The notes below the pieces were generated by a model. That model did not search any database. It was given only the letters and a program-made list of their open reading frames with translations, and had not been told where the DNA came from. Both the position numbers and the translations under genes were made by a program. DNA of 64,000 bases, from the NCBI RefSeq assembly GCF_006345805.1, contig NC_042999.1, positions 162,068,001 through 162,132,000 on the forward strand. The letters run 5' to 3'. The DNA comes from Octopus sinensis. Taxonomy: Eukaryota. Numbering within the stretch: position 1 is the stretch's first letter; each line of letters opens with the position of its first letter. Of the stretch, positions 51,380 through 64,000 are shown one piece after another.

Positions 51380-52140
51380 TAGAATAAGAAAAGGCTGGGC
51401 AAAGTTCAGAAAGCTTCTACCTTTGTTGGTAACAAAGGGCCTCTCCCTCAGCATGAAAGACATATTGGAGATGATGCCTGTGTGCAAACAGTCATGCTAC
51501 ATGGCAGTGAAACATAGGCTGTGACTACAGAGGACTTGTGAAGGCTTGAAAGAAATGAAGCTAGTATGCTTCGCTGGATGTGCAATGTCAGTGTGCATGT
51601 ATAACAGTGTGTAAGTGTCTTGAGAGAAAAAGTGGGCATAAGAAGCTTCATTTATGGTATGCAAAAGAGATGACTGCACTGGTATGGTCATGTGATGCAT
51701 ATGAACGAGGACAATTGTGTAAAATGTCAATCTCTAAGTGTGGAGGGAACCTGTGGAAGAGGTAGGCCTAGGAAGACATAAGACAAGGTGGTGAAGCATG
51801 ATCTTTGAATGTTAGGACTCACAGAGGTGATGACAAGTGATCTAGATCTTTGGCAATGTACTGTGCCTGAGAAGACTCATCAAGCCAAGTGAAATCGTAG
51901 TTATAGCCAGTGCCAGTAACACGTAAAAGGCACCTGTGCTGATGACACATACAAGGCACCTGTGCCAGTGACATGTAAAAGGCACTCACTACACTCTTGG
52001 AGTAGATAGTGCTAGGAAGGGCCTCCCTCTGTAGAAACCATGCCAAACCAGACTGGAACAGCTCTCCAGCTTACCAATTCCAAACCATCTAACCTACACT
52101 AGCATTTAAAGTAGATGCTAATTGAAAATGATGATGACGA
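51380..52140 (+). mobile_element. RTE LINE 3' fragment with tail
   Basis: Homologous to 18520-19020 (MLHGSETWAVT.ED..RL.RNEASMLRWMCNV) with a GAT tail. Confidence 0.8.
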
Positions 52141-52319
52141 TATATATGTATTCTATTTATGTGTGTGTCTTTGTTTGACCCACCTACCATAACTTGACAA
52201 CTGGTTTGGTTTGTTTATATCTCCACAAATTAGCAGCTCAACAATAGATGAGCTGGATTTATTTGACTAAAACGTTTCAAGAAGGTGTCCCAGCATGGGT
52301 GCAGTCCACTAACAAGGAA

Positions 52320-52490
52320 GATCCCTAGCCACTACACATTCTTTATTTTCTCTCCTTGTTTCTTTCTGTGGAAGAGTATAGGCTTGAAACGTTAAAGACT
52401 TTTTCGCTTCCCGAGCATTATACTAATACATCTGTTTGTTGTCTACACCACCTGTCTTCGTCTTTTGTTTTTTTTGTGAAATCTCCCTAT
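52320..52490 (+). mobile_element. Solo PLE 3' terminus with hammerhead-like motif
   Basis: TCTTTCTGTGGAAGAGTATAGGCTTGAAACGTTAAAGAC..CACCTGTCTTCGTCTTTTG, ending in (TA)n. Confidence 0.7.
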
Positions 52491-52692
52491 ATATATATAG
52501 ATATGTATACACATATATATGCATACATAGATATATACATATATATATATTACATACATATACATACACACACACACATATATATATACATGTGTATGTG
52601 GTGTATGTATATATATATATATATATACATGACACAGAGAAGAGAGATACACAAACATGATCTTATACCTATATAGATAGATACATACATGC

Positions 52693-52725
<33 letters not shown>

Positions 52726-53212
52726 CACACAGACAGACAGACAGATAATGGCTGCAAGCATGGGTGAATGGCTCCGCAATCATGAGGTCGCGAGTTCGAG
52801 CCCACTGTGCCATATTTTGGACAAAGGTTTTGGGCCAACCCAAACACTGTAATTTAAAATGGGTAGAGGAAACTTTGGAAGCATGTCAATTAGATTGTAC
52901 CCGTATTTCAGAGGATCATGCGAACGAATAAATGTCAGTGGAATACTCGGCCAGTTTCGCAACAATAAAGACCGAACTAAAGATATCGAAACTGACGGAG
53001 ATATTTGGCCAAAGGCATCATGCCTACTCGCAACTAATCGATCTGTATTGCCGCGCGCATAATCATACTTATTTACAAGGAAGAAAAAGTATAATTCGTA
53101 GTGGTTGTGTGGGGAAGGCATCTGTGTTTGTATGAGACTATTGAGAATTGAAAAGAAGAATTGAAATTTTGTCTCCCTGTCACGCGTATTCGGAAAATAA
53201 TGTAGCGTTAAG

Positions 53213-53594
53213 GGCGATCTTTCGTCTCTAGTAGACCTTTCCGTCGATTTCCGTAAAAAAATGGGGGTTTTTTTACATATGGGCTTGCGGGAACTTTTGA
53301 AGTAATGAGAGCGAAAGAGACACATTACTCTCTGTCTCTTAACACACACCAACAGAAGCACTTCACTTACACAACATACTGTCTGTCTCCCACACCCCAT
53401 CAAACACACACACACACAAGTACATCAATGCTTCCCCTGGACGGTAACTTCAAAAGAACTTCCCTCGTCATACAATCGCTTTCTCTTAGTCTCTTTCGCT
53501 CTCATTACTTCAAAAGTTCCCGCAAGCCCATATGTAAAAAAAAAAGTTTTTTACGGAAATCGACGGAAAGGTCTACTAGAGACGAAAGATTGCC
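53213..53594. mobile_element. MITE with about 110-bp TIRs and 8-bp TSD (GCGTTAAG)
   Basis: GGCGATCTTTCGTCTCTAGTAGACC... / ...GGTCTACTAGAGACGAAAGATTGCC; TSD at 53205-53212 and 53595-53602. Confidence 0.88.
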
Positions 53595-53799
53595 GCGTTA
53601 AGTATATTCGGACACAACAGAGAGTTTATTCGTTTTGTGTCTGTAAACATGTTTCATATGTACCCCTCATGTATATAAGACTCAATCATTGCGATATAAA
53701 CAACAACAATAATAAACAAACGGCAAACATTACGACCACGCAGCATCACAATTTGCTGTTGATGCATATTAGGTGAGTGGAGGCACTAACAGTGTCTAC

Positions 53800-53847
53800 C
53801 TGAGCAGTGTAGAGGTCAATATTCTGTTGAAGACTGTCCACATCCAT
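53800..53847 (-). CDS. ZGPAT: ZGPAT coding exon 1 (MDVDSLQQNIDLYTAQ)
   Basis: ATG at 53847, 16 codons, ends CAG|GTAGAC (phase 0). Resembles the ZGPAT N-terminus (MDEESL..YRAQ) and continues in frame into exon 2. Confidence 0.85.
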
Positions 53848-54169
53848 GATCGAAGATAAAATCCAACGAACCCGGACCGAAATCACCCGGGGTTTCTTTG
53901 CACCGTGAAAGCTAAATACTTTAATTATAGCCACACTTTCGTAAAAAGTGCGAAAATTTTAGGTTATTAATATTTTTCATTTTCCATGTAGTTTCGTATT
54001 TTGGAATGTATTGCAACTTAAAAGTTTATTCGTTGTTGCTTGCTATTACATAACGTTGCCTACATCTTATATATACATTGCTTATGCTCAAACCTGACAA
54101 CACTCAAGTTACAGATATCAAAGGTTTGTAAACTTTATTACTTAAATAAACACAGGCACCTTATATTCG

Positions 54170-55360
54170 TTCTTCACTCATTTATTATTGTTCTTATTCT
54201 AACTCATGTCCATTGTCCAGAAATTTTCCGTCACACAGCTGTGACCTCTTCAGCAACACTTTCTGTCCTCGTGTGTGCTCCTGCTCCGCTTAATCCATTC
54301 TGTTTTTCTATGATGTGCATCCTTATATGCGTTTGCGTCTGTATTTGTGTGTGTGTGGTTGTTGTAGAACTTATCCCTTTAATAGATCCTCATGTACGGA
54401 GAACAATTTTATAGCACGTAGGATGAACCCACAGGTTAACTGTAAGGTTAAGAATATAGTGTAAAGCTTACACTGTACTGAGGGACGATGCAGAGACATG
54501 ACAACTACTTACAATGGAGAGACAGCATAGGAGAGCGTATAGATGAACACTGGTAGGAGCTTAAAGGAGAAAAAGGCTCATCAATGCTCTACCAACATGC
54601 TCAAGCAGAACATAGAGGCTCAATCAATAGCAGAGAGGTTAAGGTATTATCAACACACATAACTGACACAACACTTAGACAGATCACAGAGGCTACACCC
54701 TCAACAGAAAACACTAATGGAACAATAACACCAACCACCACACCACACAACATGACAACTAAAGACAGAAGGGAGATAATAAAATATATACAAACTGTAA
54801 TACACATCAGACAAATCAGCACATACCTACAATAAATATAAGAAATAGAGATAAATTTTAAAAAAAACAAATAAAACTGTATAAAGGGCACATATACAAA
54901 CAACATAGTAAGCGAACCCATGTACACACACAAACACACATACAAAACTTCACAAATGGCTGCAACAACATTAAACATCAACAACAGAACCAACAACGAC
55001 AACAGCTACGGCGGCAACAACAACAACTACCACGATGGCAACAGCATGGGTAAACACACAAACACAGAGGGATACAGGAATGGTACCAAAAGTCAGGGTC
55101 AAGGGCAGTAGCAGCTACAAGAGGGGCAGAAGTGAAGGTCATAGTGCAACTAGAAACAATGACACATACAGACACACAGGCAAATACTGACACAAATGCA
55201 TTCACATATAAGGATACGCATCATAGGAAAACAGAATGGACTAATTAGAGCAAGAGCACACACGAGGACAGAAAGTGCTGCTGAAGAGGTCACAGATGTG
55301 TGATGAAAGATTTCTGGACAATGGACATGAGTTAGAATAAGAACAAATATATAGTGCATG
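54170..55360 (+). mobile_element. Penelope-like GIY-YIG 3' fragment flanked by about 190-bp inverted repeats
   Basis: KNIV.K..C...C......YNGET..IGERIDEHW...LYQHAQAEH...LRQITEA; 54185-54350 is the reverse complement of 55170-55345. Confidence 0.72.
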
Positions 55361-55539
55361 TGTTTATTTGGCCAAAAAACAAAAAAATGGCCATCCCGAA
55401 ATACCACAATATCTGTTTCAACACATGGTTTCATACTAGGAATTGCAACACAAATTTACAAATGCTTTACAACTTCATAATCCATAAATTTTAATGCACA
55501 AAATTTATAATAGTTCAAAAATTTGTTTAGTTAAAATAC

Positions 55540-55905
55540 TAGCACTATGACCCAGCAACGCCGGGTCATAGTGTTAGAGCATGCACATACAGCTGCATGT
55601 GTACATACAAGCGAGTACTGTCCAAATCTCCGACCAATCACATACAGTTAGCTGGCATTCAATTGGCGTATCAAGTTTCAGGCATTTTGATTGGGTTTTA
55701 GATAGAAAATTCACAAAAAAGTCACTTCTATTGATTTTTTAATGGCTTTGCGGGGTGACTGGGGAAATGTAAAGATATGCACGACCACTCTTGGAAGGTT
55801 TTGAATGACCATAGAAAGTGCGAGCCCTCTAACTGAAAAATTGTGGATTTGTATAAAGGATACACACACACACACATATTTTGCCGTTTATATATATAGA
55901 GATGC
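55540..55905 (-). mobile_element. Helitron-like non-autonomous element
   Basis: ACTAGC...CCCAGCAACGCCGGG end on the left, TATATATAGAGA end on the right. Confidence 0.6.
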
Positions 55906-56699
55906 ATGGCAAAAAATTTGCAATGTTCATTATATTTTAACTGGTTTCTTTCACCATTTGTATTTTGAATAAACTTTTTACAGAAAATATGTGCAGTTTG
56001 AAGTCTTATCTTCTTTGGCTGTCCTCAATGTCAAGAAGGCAGTGCGTTTTGAAAACAAACACACTAAGATTTTTCCAAGTTTCCAAATATTTTCTTTATC
56101 CACCTTGCTGAGTTTACAGAGTGTACATCCAATATAATAATATGAGAGTGATACAGGGCATTATGAATTGCTGCATATAATGAATAATAGTTGATTGACA
56201 ATGCAAGGTGAGAAAGATGAAAGTACTGTACAGAAAAAAATGACCAGCCCATAAAATCACAAGGTATCTCTCCCTAAGTTGAATATTGCCTTTAAAAACT
56301 GTTAGTCCAGAAGGTTGTAGAATCTGTTTGATGAGAAAATCTGTGCACTTCTTCTGATTGATCAAACACTATTCCCATAGGTATTGATATATTTTATGGC
56401 AGCTCTGTGGGGATGAGGTGAACCAAAAGGAAAGGGCAGTTACATCAACAGCCGAGGTCCCCACTGCAAGAGGAAGAGGGAAGAACGAAGTGAAGGAAGA
56501 CCAGCATGGTCCTCTTTGACCTTGAGGCAGTCATGGTGACTGGATATGTGTGGATGCAAGGGCAGGACAGAGCTTTAGCTGTAGCTACTAGTGATAGGCA
56601 AGACAGTTAGGGCACATCTTGGATTTAGCACAGCTGGACAGCCAACACTGAAAGGTAGGTGGACTGTATTTATTCCTCACATTACAGTTCCCTCAAACT

Positions 56700-57300
56700 A
56701 CAAGCTGCTTCAGCACTCATATATACAGATATTTTTACTTGAAGGGTCGGATTTCCTTTTCAAACAAGGACAGAGGTTCACAATTAAAACTAGTTTCACT
56801 TGTGCCTCTGAGAACCTAATTTATGTAATAACCTGCTCACGTTGCGGACACAACTATATTGGACAGACGAGTATGACCTTGAGAAAGAGAACCACTCTAC
56901 ATAAAGAGCAAATCCGTTTCCCGCAATACAGGCAAATTTCTCTCAGTGAATATATAGAAAAATGTGCAGATAACATCAAACCAAATTTCAAAGTCTTCCC
57001 CTTCTACCAGTGCAAAGACACAAGAACGTTTAAATAAAGAAACTTTTTTCAGTGAAAAATACAGAACACGTCATAATATGCTCGCATAACCAGCTTTTAT
57101 CTTTTTACGTATTTCAATTCACGATTACATCACTGTACATAAGTCCCCTCACTAAACAACCTTTTTTTGTCTGTACATATATATTCCCCTCCCTTGCCCA
57201 CAAAAATAACAATAATAACGATAACCAATTACCTCCCCTTGTTTTTCTACTTGTGAAGTCATTCACTCATAAATATCATCACACACAATATGGACAAAAT
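56700..57300 (+). mobile_element. Neptune-type PLE GIY-YIG fragment
   Basis: FTCASENLIYVITCSRCGHNYIGQT..TLRKR..LHK.QI in ORF 56591-57037. Confidence 0.82.
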
Positions 57301-57483
57301 TTCCTTTTAAGAAAAGACATATTCAAATAAGTAAAACATAATATCATGAATAGCTATAGCAAAACCGGTTGACAAATTAAAAGTTATATTAAAACTATGT
57401 AAAGTGTGCGTATTTTCCTTTTTTAATTTCTTATATTTATTACAACTCACCACGTGGGAATAATCGAAATTTCTCCTTTCTGT

Positions 57484-57522
<39 letters not shown>

Positions 57523-58399
57523 AAAGAAAAGAAATGTAAAAGTCACAGAAAGTTTGTATTATAAAATTTATGGTGATATTAGGAACATATTACATCATTA
57601 CAAATAAATAAGTACCGGTTTCATGATCAATGATTGTCAACTTATACAAAGAGAAAACTTTTTTGCTGTCAATAGGATGCCATCTTTGAAAAAAAAGTAA
57701 ACAGAGATGAAGCACGACCACCCTTGGAAGGTTTTTTAATGACCATAGAAAGTGCGAGCCCTCTAACAGAAAAATTGTAGATTTGTATAAAGGATATACA
57801 CACACACACAGACACACATTTTGCCGTTTATATATAGAGAGATGCATGGCAACAAATTTGCAATGTTCATTATATTTTAACTGGTTTCTTTTATTTTGAA
57901 TAAACTTTTTACAGAAAATATGTGCAGTTTGAAGTCTTATCTTCTTTGGCTGTCAAGGGGAGCAACTCTTATTTTTACATGAAGCTCTTCAGCGTTTTTG
58001 GCAAGCATACAGTTACAAGAGTTATTTCATTTTATAAACAGTTAATTATATTACCTTACTAGGTTTTAAAGATTAAGCAGTAATGTGTGAATGAATGTAT
58101 ATGCAAATATTCTATGCTCAAACATCTCATTTTCTCTCTTGCAAAATATATATGTATGTATATATATATATTTATATATGTATTAATCAATATCAGGGTA
58201 GCAAAAAATTCAAGAGAAATTTTTCACCACCAGCGGTCCAGTGAGAAAGAAAAAATAGTCAACAGACTATATAATATACATTCAACAATATTAAGGAATG
58301 GCCTTGATAGGCCATTCGACCCACTAGAAAGAGCAGCTAAACTCAAACTGCTAAATAGTTGTAATTCAGAAACCAAAGGAAAATAAAAACATTTACCCT

Positions 58400-59260
58400 T
58401 ATCATCTTTGGACTATGCATAGTTTCGACATACATATTGGCAAACCGATTTAATTAAATTAAATTAAATCTATTTGCCACTGGCCTGTCTCGTCAGCAAA
58501 GAAGCCAGGGAAATATATATCCACGAGGCGACAGCATCGACGCCCCGATGTATTTATATATGTATATACACATGCACACATAAGTATGAACAGTAATTTA
58601 TACCTAAAAATTGGGGTTGGCATACATCTATAACTTTTTTGTATATGTTGAAGTTCCATAATTGAATGAAATAAATCAGTCCAATAGAAAATGAAAATGA
58701 ACAATAAAGCAATTGGCAAGGTCTGAATACTTTCTCCATAAGAGTCATGTCGGACCTCTCATGACTCAGGTTTGAATATGAATGGGCGTCCAGGTGTCAG
58801 GTAATTAAGGGACAATTAGTAATACAATTAAAATGAGTTAGTGTTTAGTTCAGGTTTGTATTTTTGGATGAATTATGTCTCTTTATTGAGTTATGTTTGT
58901 GAAGTCCAGTCATCAAATTTATATAGAAGGAAAATAGTGAATTTAGGTTGTATTTGTTTCGTACGTATGTCGATATGTTCACTGAGATAAATTTGGTGAT
59001 ATTATGGTGAGGCTATCTGTTGACGAGGCACCATACAACATTGATGGATAGAATTCTCCATGTTACCAATATAGTCTTTCTGGCAGCCCGAGCATCAGAT
59101 TATGTAGATTAGATTTTTGGATGCACAAGTGAAATTTAATTTAATTGTAAAGCATTGCCCTTGTTTAAAATAGTATTCTGATCCTTCCAAAAGGTTGGGG
59201 CATGTACCACAGTTAGGGCGATTATATTTTTTTTACTTTGGGGCTGGTTGCAGAGAGGAA
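58400..59260 (-). mobile_element. Neptune-type PLE 3' fragment (GIY-YIG remnant, 3' UTR, hammerhead)
   Basis: Minus strand reads RPNCGTCPNLLEGSEYYFKQGQCFTIKLNFTCASKNLIYII.C.GC.KDYIG; same family as 56700-57060. Confidence 0.78.
58405..58502 (-). ncRNA. Type I hammerhead ribozyme with long stem II
   Basis: TCTTTG-CTGACGA-GACA..TGGCAAA..GATTTAATT/AATTAAATC..TTTGCCA..TGTC-GAAA-CTATGCATAG-TC^-CAAAGA: complete core. Confidence 0.85.
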
Positions 59261-59369
59261 TAATTTTGCATTAGTTAGCAGTTTCTTTAATGGTTTAGGG
59301 TTGTTTGTTGCTTTTGACAATTTTTGAAAAATTTAGTTTGTATTATCATTAGATACTGGTGCGATACAC

Positions 59370-59380
<11 letters not shown>

Positions 59381-59414
<34 letters not shown>

Positions 59415-61567
59415 TAATAAATAAAATATATGCATACATACATACATATATGTACGTACCTACATCTACATATATATATATACATGCATATATCAATATA
59501 TATATACGTGAGTACAGGACACCACAAATAGACGTAGAACTCAACGAGAAATGAAAACGTAAAAACAAACGTGGAAACGGACCTAAACGACAAAAACAGA
59601 GTACTAGACAAACTACACAAGGAAAAATCCCCTTCATCAGCTGTCCCTAGTTCAACTCCAGTGTGTTTTGAAGGTGAGGACAGAACACGACTCGTGGAAC
59701 TAGTCCTTCCTGCAAAGGAATTAAATAAAATTACTTCGCAGAGGGGTAAAAACAAGGAAAGTTAAACATGTGACAATAAAACGATACAAATAATATATAT
59801 ATATACACAACAACAACAACAACAACCTCTCATATATACATATATATATATGCTTTCACTACAATGAGAGGTTGTTGTTGAGAGAAAAAATACAGCAAGA
59901 GAGAGAGAGAGCATGTATATGTGAAATATAGATAGATGTCACTATACTTTTTAGCAAGCTTTGATTGAAAGCAGTAATAAGAGATACAAGATACAGTATC
60001 TAAAACAATCAAGTGACGTGATGCGTGGCTATTCTAATGAGAGGGATCTTCAACTGTGAAGGGCCATCCAGTAAGCTGGCAAATACAGTATACTGTTATC
60101 AATAATTTAGCCTTAAAAAGTGTGAAGAAATATATATTGCCATGGGAAAAGCCATAAAAAAAATCACAGATGATATTTACAATTCCACAAATATGCTATG
60201 GTTTCCATGAACAATTATTAGTTCCACAAATAACTGGGACTATGAATGCCAAACTGCAAATAAGCAGGGGTATGTATACATATATATCAAAATAAGCAAC
60301 AAAATACAGAGCAATCCTCAGAAAGCTGAGTATTACTCTGCATTCTAAATTGGTGTAATGATTGCATTGTTCAATTAAATGGAGTTGCATGAAACGATTG
60401 TACTGCATTACCTCTGGATATCTTTGTTACTTATTTTGATTTTAATCACCTTACTTTGAAATTGTATGCATAATACCGTACTAAATTCTGGTACCATATT
60501 CATCTGAATGTGTGTGTGTGTGTATACTAGCTGTTGGACCCAGCATTGCTCATGTTTTCCATGTTTAAGTTAAGCCCACCTCTGACCTTGTAGTGAAATC
60601 TTCTATATTCCCCGTGCCAACTGTTACCCATTAAGATGTTATATCTGGTTTAGCAAGGATTTTACCCAGTTAACATTTTTGACATACTCTTATATACTGG
60701 ACCATCTGAAATCATAGTCAAACTTTTGGGTGTCAAACTGTTGAGAGTGGTATTTGTTTATTTATCTCCCTTTAATGCCACTCACTGTATAAAATTGATC
60801 AGCATTTCCAATCTCAGCAAAATCCAAAGAAAAGTGTTAAGGTTTTGTCATAAAATAGAATCCATGTGACCATTTACATGAAAATATCCCAATACATTAT
60901 AAGAATAATCGATGTTTCATATGTTGAAGTGCTTAATTTTACTCATGGATCAATTTTCTTCAAAATCAGTTCATTATTTTGTTGTGAATGAATTTTGACA
61001 TTTTCTGCCTTTTACCAGTTAAATTCTGATTCTATTACATAACTCCGACCATAAACTTTACCTAAATGTTAAATTTCATCAAAGGCGGATGAATTCTGTA
61101 AAAGTTACAACATAAAATATTATTCTTATGGGTAATTGCATACAAAAAGCCTATTGATTTCTTAAGATCCCTGCTCATGTGCAATTATCGACTTTTTGTC
61201 ATCTCTTCATGGCATCAACTAATGGACATGAGCTGTAATCACATGTAAAATTTCTACAAAAGTGATAGAAATGTCTCTAAGGAAATGCTTATTTGCATTT
61301 GTGCCCTTTTTAATTAAATAAACACCTTTACCGTCTCTCCCATCACAAAATTTCAAATTTATACATACGTACACATACACATTTTCACACACCTACAGAA
61401 GTTACTATTAATTTAGAATAAGTTTATTAATTATGAATTAAATTAATTATAGATTAGTAAGTGCCAAATAAACAAAAACAAATCGTATGTATTAACTTTG
61501 TTGGGTACTTCACTAGCAGTATATTGGATATATGTTATCCATGGAGGGTTGTATTTACAACTCAATT

Positions 61568-61602
<35 letters not shown>

Positions 61603-63790
61603 TAATAAATAAAATATATGCATACATACATACATATATGTACGTACCTACATCTACATATATATATATACATGCATATATCAATATATATATACGTGAG
61701 TACAGGACACCACAAATAGACGTAGAACTCAACGAGAAATGAAAACGTAAAAACAAACGTGGAAACGGACCTAAACGACAAAAACAGAGTACTAGACAAA
61801 CTACACAAGGAAAAATCCCCTTCATCAGCTGTCCCTAGTTCAACTCCAGCGTGTTTCGAAGGTGAGGACAGAACACGACTCGTGGAACTAGTCCTTCCTG
61901 CAAAGGAATTAAATAAAATTACTTCGCAGAGGGGTAAAAACAAGGAAAGTTAAACATGTGACAATAAAACGATACAAATAATATATATATATATATACAA
62001 CAACAACAACAACAACAACCTCTCATATATACATATATATATATATGCTTTCACTACAATGAGAGGTTGTTGTTGAGAGAAAAAATACAGCAAGAGAGAG
62101 AGAGAGAGCATGTATATGTGAAATATAGATAGATGTCACTATACTTTTTAGCAAGCTTTGATTGAAAGCAGTAATAAGAGATACAAGATACAGTATCTAA
62201 AACAATCAAGTGACGTGATGCGTGGCTATTCTAATGAGAGGGATCTTCATCTGTAAAGGGCCATCCAGTAAGCTGGCAAATACAGTATACTGTTATCAAT
62301 AATTTAGCCTTAAAAAGTGTGAAGAAATATATATTGCCATGGGAAAAGCCATAAAAAAAATCACAGATGATATTTACAATTCCACAAATATGCTATGGTT
62401 TCCATGAACAATTATTAGTTCCACAAATAACTGGGACTATGAATGCCAAACTGCAAATAAGCAGGGGTATGTATACATATATATCAAAATAAGCAACAAA
62501 ATACAGAGCAATCCTCAGAAAGCTGAGTATTACTCTGCATTCTAAATTGGTGTAATGATTGCATTGTTCAATTAAATGGAGTTGCATGAAACGATTGTAC
62601 TGCATTACCTCTGGATATCTTTGTTACTTATTTTGATTTTAATCACCTTACTTTGAAATTGTATGCATAATACCGTACTAAATTCTGGTACCATATTCAT
62701 CTGAATGTGTGTGTGTGTGTATACTAGCTGTTGGACCCAGCATTGCTCATGTTTTCCATGTTTAAGTTAAGCCCACCTCTGACCTTGTAGTGAAATCTTC
62801 TATATTCCCCGTGCCAACTGTTACCCATTAAGATGTTATATCTGGTTTAGCAAGGATTTTACCCAGTTAACATTTTTGACATACTCTTATATACTGGACC
62901 ATCTGAAATCATAGTCAAACTTTTGGGTGTCAAACTGTTGAGAGTGGTATTTGTTTATTTATCTCCCTTTAATGCCACTCACTGTATAAAATTGATCAGC
63001 ATTTCCAATCTCAGCAAAATCCAAAGAAAAGTGTTAAGGTTATGTCATAAAATAGAATCCATGTGACCATTTACATGAAAATATCCCAATACATTATAAG
63101 AATAATCGATGTTTCATATGTTGAAGTGCTTAATTTTACTCATGGGTCAATTTTCTTCAAAATCAGTTCATTATTTTGTTGTGAATGAATTTTGACATTT
63201 TCTGCCTTTTACCAGTTAAATTCTGATTCTATTACATAACTCCGACCATAAACTTTACCTAAATGTTAAATTTCATCAAAGGCAGATGAATTCTGTAAAA
63301 GTTACAACATAAAATATTATTCTTATGGGTAATTGCATACAAAAAGCCTATTGATTTCTTAAGATCCCCTGCTCATGTGCAATTATCGACTTTTTGTCAT
63401 CTCTTCATGGCATCAACTAATGGACATGAGCTGTAATCACATGTAAAATTTCTACAAAAGTGATAGAAATGTCTCTAAGGAAATGCTTATTTGCATTTGT
63501 GCCCTTTTTAATTAAATAAACACCTTTACCGTCTCTCCCATCACAAAATTTCAAATTTATACATACGTACACATACACATTTTCACACACCTACAGAAGT
63601 TACTATTAATTTAGAATAAGTTTATTAATTATGAATTAAATTAATTATAGATTAGTAAGTGCCAAATAAACAAAAACAAATCGTATGTATTAACTTTGTT
63701 GGGTACTTCACTAGCAGTATATTGGATATATGTTATCCATGGAGGGTTGTATTTACAACTCAATTTGTATATATATATATATATATATAT
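59381..63790. repeat. About 2.2-kb tandem duplication (about 59381-61568 and 61569-63790)
   Basis: Identical ORF pairs offset by 2188-2198 bp; only a few substitutions and microsatellite length differences. Confidence 0.95.
60523..61452 (-). mobile_element. Helitron-like element inside the duplicated unit (second copy about 62720-63650)
   Basis: ACTAGCTGTTGGACCCAGCATTGCTC terminus resembles the other Helitron-like ends in the window. Confidence 0.5.
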
Positions 63791-64000
63791 AAATGGAACA
63801 AAAACGCAATAGAGGGCATTAAAATGTTCGGACAGATAGATGATACAAAGGCAGACAAGAGAAACTTGTCCTTCTAAAGGACAGGTTAAAAAAGACAGGT
63901 CATTCTTGGTTTTCTTTCATCAGTCAAGTACCAGAAGTCACGACTATTTCTGGCAGTTACACTTGAGATGATTCAATCTGGTTGCCCCCCAAAAATTCTT

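Noticed and set aside
54601-55002. 133-aa hydrophobic minus-strand ORF
   Set aside because: It is the antisense reading of a CA-rich PLE tail; the hydrophobicity is compositional.
57975-58025. Minus-strand CTGAAGAGC near AACTCTT/AAGAGTT inverted repeat
   Set aside because: There is no GAAA core or cleavage triplet.
59960-60410. Possible exon of a neighbouring gene in the duplicated unit (GTAAGC donor-like site, 70-aa ORF)
   Set aside because: There is no recognisable protein motif and no consistent acceptor or frame.
63900-63990. Minus-strand TCAAG..CTTGA-CTGATGA (similar CTGAAGA at 46577)
   Set aside because: I could not place stem II followed by GAAA in the required order, and the sequence is truncated by the window edge.

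Overview
AT-rich, repeat-dense eukaryotic DNA. The SINE, RTE and microsatellite content resembles an octopus or other coleoid cephalopod genome; this is my recognition, not a database result. One host gene is supported: the 5' part of ZGPAT (CCCH zinc finger, Tudor-like and G-patch protein) on the minus strand. It has seven coding exons between the ATG at 53847 and 2580; the G-patch exons lie beyond the left edge. Almost everything else is transposon-derived: tRNA-derived SINEs of three families, RTE and CR1 LINEs, Tc1/mariner (including a DD36E-spaced Tc1), piggyBac derivatives, Helitron/Helentron-like elements and many Penelope-like element (PLE) pieces. The PLEs include a near-complete tandem Neptune-type element nested in a SINE. 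The most notable signal is a cluster of hammerhead ribozyme motifs linked to PLE-type repeats. Two are complete and canonical with unusually long stem II (42240-42330 +, 58405-58502 -), several are decayed relatives, and five are copies of a non-canonical hammerhead-like motif with covarying stem I. A 2.2-kb near-identical tandem duplication ends the window.
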